Positions 49,630 to 59,606 are shown, numbered from the stretch's first letter. The stretch: DNA of 64,000 nucleotides from Burkholderiales bacterium (GCA_046347635.1 JAXMFT010000004.1:153958-217957), one strand, 5' to 3'. A program made the numbers and translations. The notes: generated by a model not told the origin, from the letters alone.

Positions 49630-49640
49630 TGCGCCCGGCC

Positions 49641-49717
49641 GCGGGTGTCGTCTAATGGCAAGACAACAGCTTCCCAAGCTGTGAACGTCGGTTCGATTCC
49701 GTTCGGACGTCCCGCCA
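49641..49717 (+). tRNA. tRNA-Gly (CCC)-like gene with irregular T-arm and acceptor 3' strand
   Basis: The 5' two thirds are canonical: GCGGGTG, D arm GTCTAATGGCAAGAC, anticodon stem-loop ACAGC-TTCCCAA-GCTGT, T loop GTCGG-TTCGATT. The 3' part CCGTTCGGACGTCCCGCCA does not give a clean T stem or a 7-bp acceptor by hand folding. Confidence 0.55.
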
Positions 49718-49772
49718 CGACGAGGTCGGTTGGACGGTCCCCGGCGTCGTGCTGATGATCGCGACGGCAAGG

Positions 49773-50756
49773 TCAGTCGATCCGCGCCCCCGACGCCTTC
49801 ACCGCCTGTGCGTACTTCTCCGACGCCGCGCGGATGCCCGCGGCGTACGCCTCCGGCGTGTTTCCGATCGGCACGATGTCGAGCTGGGCGAAGCGCCGCG
49901 CGACCTCCGGGCTCTTCAGCGCCTTCGCGACCTCCTGCGACAGGCGCGACACGATCGCCGCGGGGGTGCCGGCCGGCGCGAGCAGCCCGATGTTCGGGGC
50001 GAAGTCGTACCCGGGCACTCCGAGCTCGGCCACGGTCGGGACGTCGGGCGCGGTCGGCGAGCGCTGCGCGGTGCTCACCGCCAGGACCTTGACCCGGCCC
50101 GCCTTCACGTGCGCGGCGATCGACGGCATCGCCGAGTAGGCGATGTTGACGTCGCCGGCCACCAAGGCGGGGACCGACTGCCCGGTGCCCTTGTACGGGA
50201 TGTGCACGATGGTCAGGCCGAGCGCGTTCTTGAGCGACTCCATCGCGAGGTGGTGAATGCTGCCCACTCCCGACGAGCCGTAATTGAGCTGGCCGGGCTT
50301 GGCCTTGGCGAGCGCGACGAGCTCGCCGAAGTCCTTGACCGGCACGCCCGCGTTCGCGACCAGGAACAGGTTCGCCGTCGCGATGAGGCCCACCGGCGTC
50401 AGGTCCTTCGCCGGGTCGTACGGCAGCTTCGCGTACAGGTGCGGGTTGATCGCGACCTGCCCCACGTCGGCGACGAGGAACGTGTACCCGTCCGGCGCCG
50501 CGTGCGCCACCGCTTCGCTCCCCGGGATGCCGCCCGCCCCGCCGCGGTTCTCGACGATCACCGGATGGCCGAGGCTCTCCGAGACTTTCTGGGCCACGAC
50601 GCGGGCGATCGTGTCCGGAAGCCCGCCCGCGGCGTACGGCACGATCCAACGCACCGGCTTGCCGGGCCACGCCTCCTGCGCCGCCGCCGGTCCGGCGGCG
50701 AGCGCGAATCCGAGTCCCGCGACGACGGCGACCACCCGCCTGATCGAATCTCTCAC
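49773..50756 (-). CDS. Bug-family (TctC) tripartite tricarboxylate transporter substrate-binding protein
   Basis: WPGKPVRWIVPYAAGGLPDTIARV...ENRGGAGG...YGSSGVGSIHHLAME...IPYKGTGQS. GTG 50756 with SD GGGAGGAAG. Confidence 0.9.
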   Translation of the reverse strand: MRDSIRRVVAVVAGLGFALAAGPAAAQEAWPGKPVRWIVPYAAGGLPDTIARVVAQKVSESLGHPVIVENRGGAGGIPGSEAVAHAAPDGYTFLVADVGQVAINPHLYAKLPYDPAKDLTPVGLIATANLFLVANAGVPVKDFGELVALAKAKPGQLNYGSSGVGSIHHLAMESLKNALGLTIVHIPYKGTGQSVPALVAGDVNIAYSAMPSIAAHVKAGRVKVLAVSTAQRSPTAPDVPTVAELGVPGYDFAPNIGLLAPAGTPAAIVSRLSQEVAKALKSPEVARRFAQLDIVPIGNTPEAYAAGIRAASEKYAQAVKASGARID

Positions 50757-50810
50757 GACGCTTCCTCCCGCTGGAGGCCCGTAATATACGCGTCGAGGAG
50801 CGACCGAGCG

Positions 50811-51803
50811 ATGGCCAAGCTGACCCTGACCCTGGCGTGCTGGGACTACGACCGCACGCGCGCGCTCGCCGACGGGACGGTCCGGCCCGACGGGATCGAC
50901 CTCGTCTACCTGGCGCAGCCGGTGGAGGAGACGTTCTTCCGCATGCTGCGCCACCACGAGTTCGACGTCGCGGAGATGTCGCTCTCGTCCTATGTGCTGT
51001 CGCTCGGGCGGGAGAACCCGCCGTTCGTCGCGCTGCCGGCGTTCCCGTCGCGCTTCTTCCGGCACTCGTGCATCTTCGTGTCGGCGCGCAGCGGGATCGC
51101 GCAGCCGGGCGCGCTCGCCGGCCGGCGCATCGGCACGCCCGAGTACCAGATGACCGCGGCGGTGTGGATTCGCGGCATCCTTGCCGACGAGCACGGGGTG
51201 GCGGTGAGCGACGCCGACTACTTCACCGGCGGCGAGGAGGAGCCCGGCCGCACCGAGAAGCTCGCGCTCGACCTGCCGCCGGCGATCCGCGTCGCGCGCA
51301 TCGGGCCGGACCGGACCCTCGCGCGCATGCTCGCCGACGGCGAGCTCGACGCGCTCTACACCGCGCGCGCGCCCTCGACGTTCCACACGCGTCCGCACGA
51401 CGTGCGGCGGCTCTTTCCCGACTACGTCGCGGTGGAGCGCGAGTACTTCGCGCGCACCCGCATCTTTCCGATCATGCACACCGTGGTCGTCCGGCGCGAC
51501 GTCTACGAGCGCCACCGCTGGTGCGCGCGCGAGCTGTACGAGGCCTTCGTGCGCGCCCAGGCCGTGACCTACCGCGACCTCGCGGAGACCGCGGCCCACA
51601 AGGCGATGCTGCCCTGGCTCACCGCCCACGTCGAGGACGCGCGGCGCACGCTCGGCGCCGACTGGTGGGCGTACGGGCTCGAGCCCAACCGGCACGTGCT
51701 CGAGACGTTCCTGCGCTACCACCACGAGCAGGGCCTCTCGCCGCGCCGGTTCGCGCCCGAGGAACTGTTCGCTCCCGAGACGCTCGAATCGTTCAAGGTG
51801 TGA
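50811..51803 (+). CDS. 4,5-dihydroxyphthalate decarboxylase-like protein (periplasmic-binding-protein-like fold); function tentative
   Basis: MAKLTLTLACWDYDRTRALADGTVRPDGIDL...FFRMLRHHEFDVAEMSLSSYV...IFPIMH resembles proteins annotated as PhtD-type decarboxylases. Divergent from the tctC-like gene. Confidence 0.7.
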   Translation: MAKLTLTLACWDYDRTRALADGTVRPDGIDLVYLAQPVEETFFRMLRHHEFDVAEMSLSSYVLSLGRENPPFVALPAFPSRFFRHSCIFVSARSGIAQPGALAGRRIGTPEYQMTAAVWIRGILADEHGVAVSDADYFTGGEEEPGRTEKLALDLPPAIRVARIGPDRTLARMLADGELDALYTARAPSTFHTRPHDVRRLFPDYVAVEREYFARTRIFPIMHTVVVRRDVYERHRWCARELYEAFVRAQAVTYRDLAETAAHKAMLPWLTAHVEDARRTLGADWWAYGLEPNRHVLETFLRYHHEQGLSPRRFAPEELFAPETLESFKV

Positions 51804-51841
51804 GCGGCGCTAGAATCGGCAGCCGCCCGCCGCCGACCGCA

Positions 51842-52765
51842 ATGCCCGTCAGCTTCGATGGACGCCTCGTCGTCGCCATCTCCTCCCGCGCGCTGTTCGA
51901 CCTGGAGGCGTCCAACCGCGTGTTCGAGGAACAGGGCGTCGACGCCTACTGGAAGTACCAGCGCGAGCGGGAGGACGAGGTCCTCGCCCCCGGGGTGGCC
52001 TTCCCGCTCGTGCGCAAGCTGCTCGCGCTGAACGGCCTGGCGCCGGCGCGGGCGCGCGTCGAGGTGATTCTCCTCTCGCGCAACACCGCCGACACCGGGC
52101 TGCGCATCATGCACTCGATCGCGCACCACGCGCTCGACATCACGCGCGCCGCCTTCACCGGCGGCGAGAGCACCTACCCGTACGTGCCGGCCTTCGACGC
52201 GCATCTGTTCCTGTCAGCCAACGGCGAGGACGTGCGCCGCGCGCTCGACGCGGGCAACGCCGCCGCGCAGATCCTGCCGGCGAACGTCGGCCAGAACGTC
52301 GCGCGCGCGGAGGAGCTGCGCATCGCCTTCGACGGCGACGCGGTGCTCTTCTCCGACGAGGCCGAGCGCGTCTACAAGCGCGACGGTCTGGGGGCGTTCA
52401 CCGCCGCGGAGGCAGGCGCGGCGCGCGCGCCGCTGACGGGCGGCCCGTTCCGCAGCTTCCTCGCGGCGCTGCACCGCATCCAGGCGGAGTTCCCGCCCGA
52501 ACGCGCACCGATCCGCACCGCGCTCGTGACGGCGCGCAGCGCGCCGGCGCACGAGCGCGTCGTGCGCACGCTGCGCGCCTGGGACATCCGCATCGACGAG
52601 GCGCTGTTCCTCGGCGGGCTGGAGAAGGGGCCGTTCCTCAGGACGTTCGGCGCCGACATCTTCTTCGACGACCAGCGCGCGCACGTCGACTCGGCGCAGC
52701 GGCACGCGGTCGCGGCCGGCCACGTGCCGTTCGGGGTCGCCAACGAAAGGGAGCAGCAGCGATGA
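51842..52765 (+). CDS. 5'-nucleotidase family protein (PF06189-like)
   Basis: LVVAISSRALFDLEASNRVFEEQGVDAYWKYQRERE...VILLSRNTADTGLRI...IAFDGDAVLFSDEAERV...TARSAPAHERV. Confidence 0.8.
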   Translation: MPVSFDGRLVVAISSRALFDLEASNRVFEEQGVDAYWKYQREREDEVLAPGVAFPLVRKLLALNGLAPARARVEVILLSRNTADTGLRIMHSIAHHALDITRAAFTGGESTYPYVPAFDAHLFLSANGEDVRRALDAGNAAAQILPANVGQNVARAEELRIAFDGDAVLFSDEAERVYKRDGLGAFTAAEAGAARAPLTGGPFRSFLAALHRIQAEFPPERAPIRTALVTARSAPAHERVVRTLRAWDIRIDEALFLGGLEKGPFLRTFGADIFFDDQRAHVDSAQRHAVAAGHVPFGVANEREQQR

Positions 52766-55074
52766 AAGCACTCAAGTGGATCCTGGCCATCGCCGGCGGC
52801 CTGGTCGTGCTCGCTGTCGTCGCGATCGCGGTCGTGGCCGCCAGTTTCGACCCCAACCAGTACAAGCCGCAGATCGTCGACCTGGTGAAGCAGAAGACCG
52901 GCCGCACGCTGACGATGGACGGCAAGATCGCGCTCACGTTCTTTCCCCGCATCGGCGCGCACGTGGAGAAGGTCGCGTTGTCGGGCCCGAACGGGCAGGG
53001 CCGCTTCGCCCGCGTCGAGGACGCACGGGTCGCGGTGGCGCTCCTGCCGCTCCTGTCGAAGCGGGTCATCGTCGACAAGGTGGTGCTCTCCGGGCTCGCC
53101 GTCGACCTCGTCCGCTACAAGGACGGCCGCACCAACTTCGACGACCTGGTCGGGGCCGACGCCGGGAAGGACGAGAAGCCGAAACCGACGCCGGCGCCGG
53201 GCGGGACGCCGGTCGCGATCGACGTCGGCGGGATCGCGCTCAAGAACGCGGCCATCGGCTGGCGTGACGAGCAGGCCGGCACGGATCTCCGGCTCTCCGA
53301 CGTCGACCTGGAGACCGGGCGGATCGCGAGCGGCGTGCCGGGAAAGCTGAAGCTCGACGCGAAGATCGACGGCAAGCAACCGGCGGTGCGTCTGCGCGTC
53401 GAGGGGTCGACCGGGTACGTGCTCGATCTCGCGCGCGGCGCGGCGGCGCTCTCCGCGCTCGACCTCAAGGTGGCGGGCGACGTCCCCGGGGCGGCCGGCC
53501 TCGACGCCCGCGTGCAGGGCGACAAGCTCGACCTCGACCCCGACGCGAGGCGGTTCGACCTGGCGGGGATCGAGCTCGCCGCGAAGTCGAAGGACGGGCT
53601 CGACGCGCGGTTCTCGGTTCCGAAGCTCGCGCTCGCGCCCGACCGCGCCGAGGGCAAGGCGGCGAGCGGCACGGTCAAGCTCGCGCGGCCCGGGCAGGCG
53701 GTGGACGCGAAGCTCGCGCTCTCGGCGCTCGAGGCGAAGGGCAAGACGATCCAGTTCGCCCGCTTCGACGTGGATCTCGATGCGAAGACGGGCGAGCTGG
53801 CGGTGCAGGGCAAGCTCGGCACGCCGGTCACGCTCAACCTCGACGCGAGCCAGGTCCTGCTGCCGGGCATCGCCGGCGACGTGACGGTGAGCGGGCCCGA
53901 CCTCCCGGGGAAGTCGCTGCGGGTCGCGTTGAAGGGCGCCGCACGGGCCGACTGGGCGAAGCACAATGCCAACGCCGAGCTCGCGGCCAAGCTCGACGAA
54001 TCGAACATCCAGGCCAAGCTCGCCGTCGCGAACTGGACGAAGTCTGCGCTCAACTTCGACGTCCTCGTGGATCGGCTGAACGTCGACCGCTACCTGCCGC
54101 CGCAGCCCGCGGCGAAGCCGGCGGCCGGCGGCGCGCCCGCGCCGGCGAGCGGCGGTGGCGCCGCCGCCGAGAAGCCGATCGACCTCGCGCCCCTGAAGAC
54201 GCTGAACGCGAACGGGAGCCTCAAGATCGGGGCGCTCCAGGTGCACAACCTCAAGGCCGAGAACGTGAGCGTCGGCCTCAAGGCCGCCGGGGGAAGGCTC
54301 GACCTCAGCCCGATCTCGGCGCGCCTCTATCAGGGCACGCTCGCCGGCAGCGCCGCGGTGAACGCGAACAGCAACACCTTCGCCGTGAAGCAGCAGCTGA
54401 CCGGCGTCAGCGTCGGCCCGCTGCTGCGCGACGCGGCGAACAAGGACCTCCTCGAGGGGCGCGGCAACGTCGCGCTCGACGTCACCGCGACCGGACAGAC
54501 GCCGGGCGCGCTGAAGAGAGCCCTGAACGGCAGCGCGAGCCTCGCGCTGAAGGACGGCGCGCTGAAGGGCGTCGACGTGGCGGGGCTCCTGCGCCAGGCG
54601 CGCGCCATCCTCGGCTCGCGCAGCGCGCTGGAGCAGCAGGCGAAGGGCGGGCAGAAGACCGATTTCACGGAGCTCAGCGCGAGCTTCGTGATCAGGAACG
54701 GCGTGGCGCACAACGAGGATCTCCAGGCGAAGTCGCCGCTCCTGCGGCTCACCGGCGCGGGCGACATCGATCTCGGCGCGAGCACGATGGACTACACCGC
54801 GAAGGCGTCCCTGGTGGCGACCTCGACCGGACAGGGCGGCAAGGACGCCGCCGACGTGCGCGGCGTCACCGCGCCGGTGAAGATCAGCGGCCCGTTCGAC
54901 CAGCTGAAGTACTCGGTCGACGTCGCCGCGCTCGCGACCGACGCGGCGAAGGACGCGCTCGCGCGCGAGCTCGAGCGGCGGCTCGGCGGCGGCCAGGCGG
55001 GCCAGGCGGGCAAATCGGGCGAGAAGCCGGGCGGCAGCGCGCGCGACCTGCTGCGCGGCCTCCTCGGGCGCTGA
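52762..55074 (+). CDS. asmA: AsmA-family outer-membrane biogenesis protein
   Basis: N-terminal anchor MKALKWILAIAGGLVVLAVVAI, a long repetitive beta-rich body, and the C-terminal AsmA_2-like block (GRGNVALDVTATG...LKDGALKGVD...GVAHNEDL). Confidence 0.88.
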   Translation: MKALKWILAIAGGLVVLAVVAIAVVAASFDPNQYKPQIVDLVKQKTGRTLTMDGKIALTFFPRIGAHVEKVALSGPNGQGRFARVEDARVAVALLPLLSKRVIVDKVVLSGLAVDLVRYKDGRTNFDDLVGADAGKDEKPKPTPAPGGTPVAIDVGGIALKNAAIGWRDEQAGTDLRLSDVDLETGRIASGVPGKLKLDAKIDGKQPAVRLRVEGSTGYVLDLARGAAALSALDLKVAGDVPGAAGLDARVQGDKLDLDPDARRFDLAGIELAAKSKDGLDARFSVPKLALAPDRAEGKAASGTVKLARPGQAVDAKLALSALEAKGKTIQFARFDVDLDAKTGELAVQGKLGTPVTLNLDASQVLLPGIAGDVTVSGPDLPGKSLRVALKGAARADWAKHNANAELAAKLDESNIQAKLAVANWTKSALNFDVLVDRLNVDRYLPPQPAAKPAAGGAPAPASGGGAAAEKPIDLAPLKTLNANGSLKIGALQVHNLKAENVSVGLKAAGGRLDLSPISARLYQGTLAGSAAVNANSNTFAVKQQLTGVSVGPLLRDAANKDLLEGRGNVALDVTATGQTPGALKRALNGSASLALKDGALKGVDVAGLLRQARAILGSRSALEQQAKGGQKTDFTELSASFVIRNGVAHNEDLQAKSPLLRLTGAGDIDLGASTMDYTAKASLVATSTGQGGKDAADVRGVTAPVKISGPFDQLKYSVDVAALATDAAKDALARELERRLGGGQAGQAGKSGEKPGGSARDLLRGLLGR

Positions 55075-55079
55075 GCGCG

Positions 55080-56180
55080 GTGTCCGATTTCGCGCGCCGC
55101 GTCGTCGACTGGCAGCGGGCGCACGGCCGCAACGACCTGCCGTGGCAGGGGACGCGCGATCCCTACGCGGTCTGGCTGTCCGAGGTGATGCTGCAGCAGA
55201 CGCAGGTCGCGACGGTCGTGCCGTACTACCGGCGCTTCCGCGCGCGCTTTCCCGACCTCGCGAGCCTCGCGGCCGCCGACGAGGACGACGTGCTGCGGCT
55301 CTGGAGCGGGCTCGGGTATTACGCGCGCGCGCGCAACCTCCATCGCGCCGCGCAGGCAATCGTCGCGGAGCACGGCGGCGCCTTTCCGCGCGACCTCGCG
55401 CAGATCGCGGCGCTGCCGGGGATCGGCCGGTCGACGGCGGCGGCGATCGCGGGGTTCGCGTTCGGCGCGCGCGCGGCGATCCTCGACGGCAACGTGAAGC
55501 GGTTGCTCGCGCGCCACTTCGCGGTCGAGGGGCATCCGGGCGAGCGCGCGGTCGAGCAGCGGCTGTGGCGGCTCGCCGAGTCGCTGCTGCCGGCCGACGA
55601 CATCGCACCGTACATCCAGGGCCTGATGGACCTCGGGGCGACCGTCTGCACGACGCGCGCGCCCCAGTGCGAGCGATGTCCCGTGCGGGAGACCTGCGCC
55701 GCGCTCGCGCGCAACCGCGTCGGCGAGCTGCCCGCGCCGCGGCCGCGCCGAGCGGTTCCTCACCGCCGCACGGCGATGCTGGTCCTGCGCAGCGACGGCG
55801 ACGTGCTGCTGGAGAAGCGGCCCGCGGCCGGCGTGTGGCGCGGGCTGTGGTGCTTTCCGGAGCTCGGGGCGGGCGACGATCCGGCGCGCGTGGCCAGGCG
55901 GCGCTACGGCTGCGAGGTTGCGCTCGTCGAGCGGCTCGGCGTGCTGCGGCACGCGTTCACGCACTTCACGCTCGACATCGAGCCGGTCGTCGCGCGGGTG
56001 CGGCGGCGCGCGCCGCGCGCCGCCGAGCCGGGCGTGCTCTGGCTGCCGTTCGCGCAGGCGGCCGGGGCGGCGGTGCCGACGCCGGTGCGGAAGCTCGTGC
56101 GCGCGCTCGGCGGGAGGTCAGCCGCGGCCGACCAGCCCGCGCTGTTCGAGGAACTTGTAGAGGATCTCCAGGCGCGGTAG
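55080..56180 (+). CDS. mutY: A/G-specific adenine DNA glycosylase
   Basis: LPWQGTRDPYAVWLSEVMLQQTQV..., HhH GIGRSTAAAI, the Fe-S cluster loop C-X6-C-X2-C-X5-C (CTTRAPQCERCPVRETC), and a NUDIX-like C-terminus. GTG start. Confidence 0.93.
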   Translation: MSDFARRVVDWQRAHGRNDLPWQGTRDPYAVWLSEVMLQQTQVATVVPYYRRFRARFPDLASLAAADEDDVLRLWSGLGYYARARNLHRAAQAIVAEHGGAFPRDLAQIAALPGIGRSTAAAIAGFAFGARAAILDGNVKRLLARHFAVEGHPGERAVEQRLWRLAESLLPADDIAPYIQGLMDLGATVCTTRAPQCERCPVRETCAALARNRVGELPAPRPRRAVPHRRTAMLVLRSDGDVLLEKRPAAGVWRGLWCFPELGAGDDPARVARRRYGCEVALVERLGVLRHAFTHFTLDIEPVVARVRRRAPRAAEPGVLWLPFAQAAGAAVPTPVRKLVRALGGRSAAADQPALFEELVEDLQAR

Positions 56181-56720
56181 CGCGCCGTCCAGCTCGAGCA
56201 GCTTCTGCTTGGCCGCGAGCGGCACCTTCAGGATCTCGCTCAGCCGGTAGCCGACCCAGGACGCGCTGTCGAACGCGTGCGGCTCGGCGAACAGCGCCCG
56301 GTCGTTGTCGGCGACCACGGTGCGCACGAGGTCCGCGAGCGCGCCGAACTCCGCCGGCAGCGCGGCGTCCTCCTCGTCCGCGATCAGCGACACCTGCGCG
56401 CGGCGCAGCCCCTGCGCCGCCACGGCCGAGCCCTGGATGCGGAAGCGCTGCCCGCCGCGCGTGCGCAGCTGCAGCAGCCCGAGCTGCTCCATGTCCCAGC
56501 TCGTGATGGTGGCGAGGCAGCCGACCGCCTCCGGCTCGGCCGGCGCGCCGACCTCCGCGCCGCTGCGGATCAGGCACACGCCGAACGGCTGCTCGGACTT
56601 GAGGCAGTCCCGGGTCATGTCCATGTAGCGCGGCTCGAACACCCGCAGCGGCAGCACCCCGCCGGGAAAGAGCACCGCGTTGAGCGGGAAGATCGGCAGG
56701 TCCTGCAGGTCGGGCGCCAT
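56118..56720 (-). CDS. LON substrate-binding (LonN) domain protein
   Basis: LPIFPLNAVLFPGGVLPLRVFEPRYMDM...FGVCL. Its 3' end overlaps the mutY 3' end by 63 nt (convergent). Confidence 0.85.
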   Translation of the reverse strand: MAPDLQDLPIFPLNAVLFPGGVLPLRVFEPRYMDMTRDCLKSEQPFGVCLIRSGAEVGAPAEPEAVGCLATITSWDMEQLGLLQLRTRGGQRFRIQGSAVAAQGLRRAQVSLIADEEDAALPAEFGALADLVRTVVADNDRALFAEPHAFDSASWVGYRLSEILKVPLAAKQKLLELDGALPRLEILYKFLEQRGLVGRG

Positions 56721-56790
56721 CCCGGCATTCTATTCGCGGCCACCCGGCGCGCCGCGTGGAGAACTGCCGTTTCGCGGCCCGCGCCGCGCC

Positions 56791-57633
56791 TCAGGGGCGG
56801 GCGAGCTGGCGATGCCGCACCAGGACCGGCGCCGCGGGGCGGAAGCGCCGGGCGAGCCGCTCGGCGAAGTACACCGAGCGGTGCTGCCCGCCGGTGCAGC
56901 CGAGCGCCACCGTCAGGTAGGCGCGGTTGTCGCGCACGAACGAGGGCAGCCACCGGGCGACGAAGTCGCCGATGTCGGCGAGCAGCGCCGCCGCCTCCGG
57001 CAGCGCGTCGAGGAACGCCACCACCGGCGCGTCGAGGCCGGTGAGCGAGCGCAGCTGCGGGTCGTAGAAGGGGTTGGGCAGGCTGCGCACGTCGAACACG
57101 AGGTCGGCGTCGAGCGGGATGCCCTGCTTGAACCCGAACGACTCGAAGAGCAGCGTCATGCCCGAGCGGTCGCTCGCGATGAACTCCTTGATCCAGGCGC
57201 GCAGCGCGTTCGGGGCGAGCTCGCTCGTGTCGATGCGATGGCCGATCTCCATCACCTCGGCGAGCAGCTCGCGCTCGCGCGCGATCGACTCGTCGAGGGT
57301 GAGCTGGTCGTGGGCGAGCGGGTGGCGCCGGCGCGTCTCGGAAAAGCGCCGGATGAGCGCGTCGTTCTTCGCGTCCAGGACGAGCAGGCGCACGTCGACG
57401 CCCTGGGCGCGCAGGCCGAGGGCCGCGCTCGGCAGCTCCGCGAGCGCCGGGCCGCTGCGCGCGTCCACGGTGACGGCCAGGCGCTCGTAGCCCGCGTTGC
57501 GCAGGAACGCGACCGTCTCGATGAGGAGCGAAGCGGGCAGGTTGTCGACGCAGTAGTACGCGGCGTCCTCGAGGACGGCCAGGGCGACGCTCTTGCCCGA
57601 CCCGGAGAGCCCGCTGATGATCACCAGCTGCAT
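56791..57633 (-). CDS. rapZ: RNase adapter protein RapZ
   Basis: MQLVIISGLSGSGKSVALAVLEDAAYYCVDNLP...CTGGQHRSV. Confidence 0.95.
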   Translation of the reverse strand: MQLVIISGLSGSGKSVALAVLEDAAYYCVDNLPASLLIETVAFLRNAGYERLAVTVDARSGPALAELPSAALGLRAQGVDVRLLVLDAKNDALIRRFSETRRRHPLAHDQLTLDESIARERELLAEVMEIGHRIDTSELAPNALRAWIKEFIASDRSGMTLLFESFGFKQGIPLDADLVFDVRSLPNPFYDPQLRSLTGLDAPVVAFLDALPEAAALLADIGDFVARWLPSFVRDNRAYLTVALGCTGGQHRSVYFAERLARRFRPAAPVLVRHRQLARP

Positions 57634-57725
57634 GGCCGGACCAGCATAGCCGAGCGGCCGGGAGGGCGGCAAACGAAAACGGCGCGTGCGAGGCACGCGC
57701 CGTTGCGGGAAACCGGCCTACCGGG

Positions 57726-58046
57726 TCAGCCGCTCAGGCACTTGCTCATGAAGGCCTTGCGGTCGTCGCCCTTCATGCCCTTCTCGCCGGCCTGCTTGTT
57801 GCAGAAGGACATCTTCTCCTGCTGGGTCATCGGCGCCGCGCCGCCCTTCAGGCACGTGCTCATGAAGGCCTGGCGCGCCTCGTTGTCCTTGAACTGCTGC
57901 TTCTTCGCGTCCGCGTTGCACTGCTGCATGCGCTGCTGCTGCGCGGACAGCTCTTTCTTCTCCGGGGCCTTCGCCTTGTCCTGCGCGAGGGCGGGCGCGG
58001 CGCAGAGCGCCGCCGCGGCGAGCGCCGCGATGAGCGACTTGGTCAT
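57726..58046 (-). CDS. psiF: PsiF-repeat periplasmic protein
   Basis: Signal peptide, then two repeats: QQRMQQCNADAKKQQFKDNEARQAFMSTCL and QQEKMSFCNKQAGEKGMKGDDRKAFMSKCL. Confidence 0.8.
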   Translation of the reverse strand: MTKSLIAALAAAALCAAPALAQDKAKAPEKKELSAQQQRMQQCNADAKKQQFKDNEARQAFMSTCLKGGAAPMTQQEKMSFCNKQAGEKGMKGDDRKAFMSKCLSG

Positions 58047-58098
58047 GCTCGTTTTCCTCCTCTGGGTCCGGGCGCAGGGTGCGCCCGGCACTCGCCCA

Positions 58099-59070
58099 CT
58101 AACGCGCCCCGGCGGCGCCGGTTGACGGCTCGTCGTCCCCGCCGCGCTCCATCTCCGCCCGCTGGCGGCGCAGGAAAGCCTCGGTGCTGTTGTACCCGCG
58201 CAGCTGGAGGATGTAGTTGCGCACCGCCGCCTCGACCAGCACCGCGAGGTTGCGGCCGGCCGCCACCGGGATGACGACCTTGCGCACGGTCACGCCGAGG
58301 ACGTCCTCCGCGAGCTCGTGCAGCGGCAGCCGCTCGGCCGGCGCCGCGAGCAACGGGGCGGGGCGATCGAGGTGCACCACGAGCCGCAGGTTCATCTTCG
58401 GACGCACCGCGGTCTCGCCGAAGATCGAGCGGATGTCGAGCACGCCCAGCCCGCGCACCTCGAGGAAGTCCTTCAGCATCGCCGGGCTGCGCCCCTCGAG
58501 CTGGTCCTGGCCGATGCGCGAGATCTCGACCACGTCGTCGGCGACGAGGCCGTGCCCGCGGCTGACGAGCTCCAGCCCGAGCTCGCTCTTCCCGACGCCG
58601 GAGTCGCCGGTGATCAGCACGCCCAGCCCGAGCACGTCCATGAACACGCCGTGGCGCGTCGTCTGCTCGGCGAGCGTCTTGGAGAGGTAGCGGCGCAGCT
58701 TGTCGATCAGCTGCGCGGCGGGCCGCGGCGAGGCGAGCACGCTGACGCCGCGCGCCTCCGCGACCTGGAGCAGGCGCGGGTGCCCGGCCACGCCGTCGGC
58801 GAGGATCACCGCGGCCGGGCGGGTGCCGAGGCCGAGCTCGATCAGGCGCTCGAGCCGCGCGCCCTCCAGCGCGTCGAGGTGCGCCTGCTCGTGCTGGCCC
58901 AGGACCTGGATGCGGTTCGGATGAATGAGGTTCAGATGGCCGACGAACGCGGCCGACTCGGTGGGGTCCTGCCGGACGACGGCCTCGCCGCCCGCCTTGC
59001 CGCACACCCAGGAAAGCGCCAGCTTCTCGCGGTTGTCCTCAAACAGACGCGCGACGCTGGTTTGGAGCAT
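58099..59070 (-). CDS. hprK: HPr kinase/phosphorylase
   Basis: GVFMDVLGLGVLITGDSGVGKSELGLELVSRGHGLVADD. Overlaps the ptsN 3' end by 32 nt. Confidence 0.95.
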   Translation of the reverse strand: MLQTSVARLFEDNREKLALSWVCGKAGGEAVVRQDPTESAAFVGHLNLIHPNRIQVLGQHEQAHLDALEGARLERLIELGLGTRPAAVILADGVAGHPRLLQVAEARGVSVLASPRPAAQLIDKLRRYLSKTLAEQTTRHGVFMDVLGLGVLITGDSGVGKSELGLELVSRGHGLVADDVVEISRIGQDQLEGRSPAMLKDFLEVRGLGVLDIRSIFGETAVRPKMNLRLVVHLDRPAPLLAAPAERLPLHELAEDVLGVTVRKVVIPVAAGRNLAVLVEAAVRNYILQLRGYNSTEAFLRRQRAEMERGGDDEPSTGAAGAR

Positions 59071-59539
59071 GCGGGTCTGCCACGTAGGGCTGCCAGGCCG
59101 AGATCTGGTCGTGCAGCGCCGTCGCGTCGGCGGCGGCGTTCAGGCGGCCGCGCAGCTCGCGGTCGCTGAACATCTGCGCGAGCTCCGAGAGGATCTCCAG
59201 GTGCTGCTCGGTCGCCTGCTCGGGCACGAGCAGGACGAAGACGAGGTCGACCGGGCGGCCGTCGGGCGAGTCGAACGCCACCGCCGTCTTGAGCCGCAGG
59301 AAGGCGCCGACCGGATCCTTCAGGCCCTTGATGCGCCCGTGCGGGATCGCGACCCCCTGGCCGAGGCCGGTGGAGCCGAGCTTCTCGCGCGCGAACAGGC
59401 TGTCGAACACGAGGCTGCGGGCGATGCCCTGGTTGTTCTCGAACAGGAGGCCCACCTGCTCGAACAGGCGCTTCTTGCTGCTCACCTCCGCGTCGAGCAC
59501 GATGTTCGACGCGGGCAGCAGCTTGGCGATGAGGTTCAT
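59039..59539 (-). CDS. ptsN: PTS IIA-like nitrogen regulatory protein (EIIA-Ntr)
   Basis: EKLGSTGLGQGVAIPHGR (phosphorylatable His), VDLVFVLLVP. Confidence 0.95.
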   Translation of the reverse strand: MNLIAKLLPASNIVLDAEVSSKKRLFEQVGLLFENNQGIARSLVFDSLFAREKLGSTGLGQGVAIPHGRIKGLKDPVGAFLRLKTAVAFDSPDGRPVDLVFVLLVPEQATEQHLEILSELAQMFSDRELRGRLNAAADATALHDQISAWQPYVADPHAPNQRRASV

Positions 59540-59606
59540 GCGCGGTGTCGAGGTCCGGTTCCTGGCCCGGCGGCGGTCGGGCGGCGGGCCCGGATCGGCC
59601 GGGATT

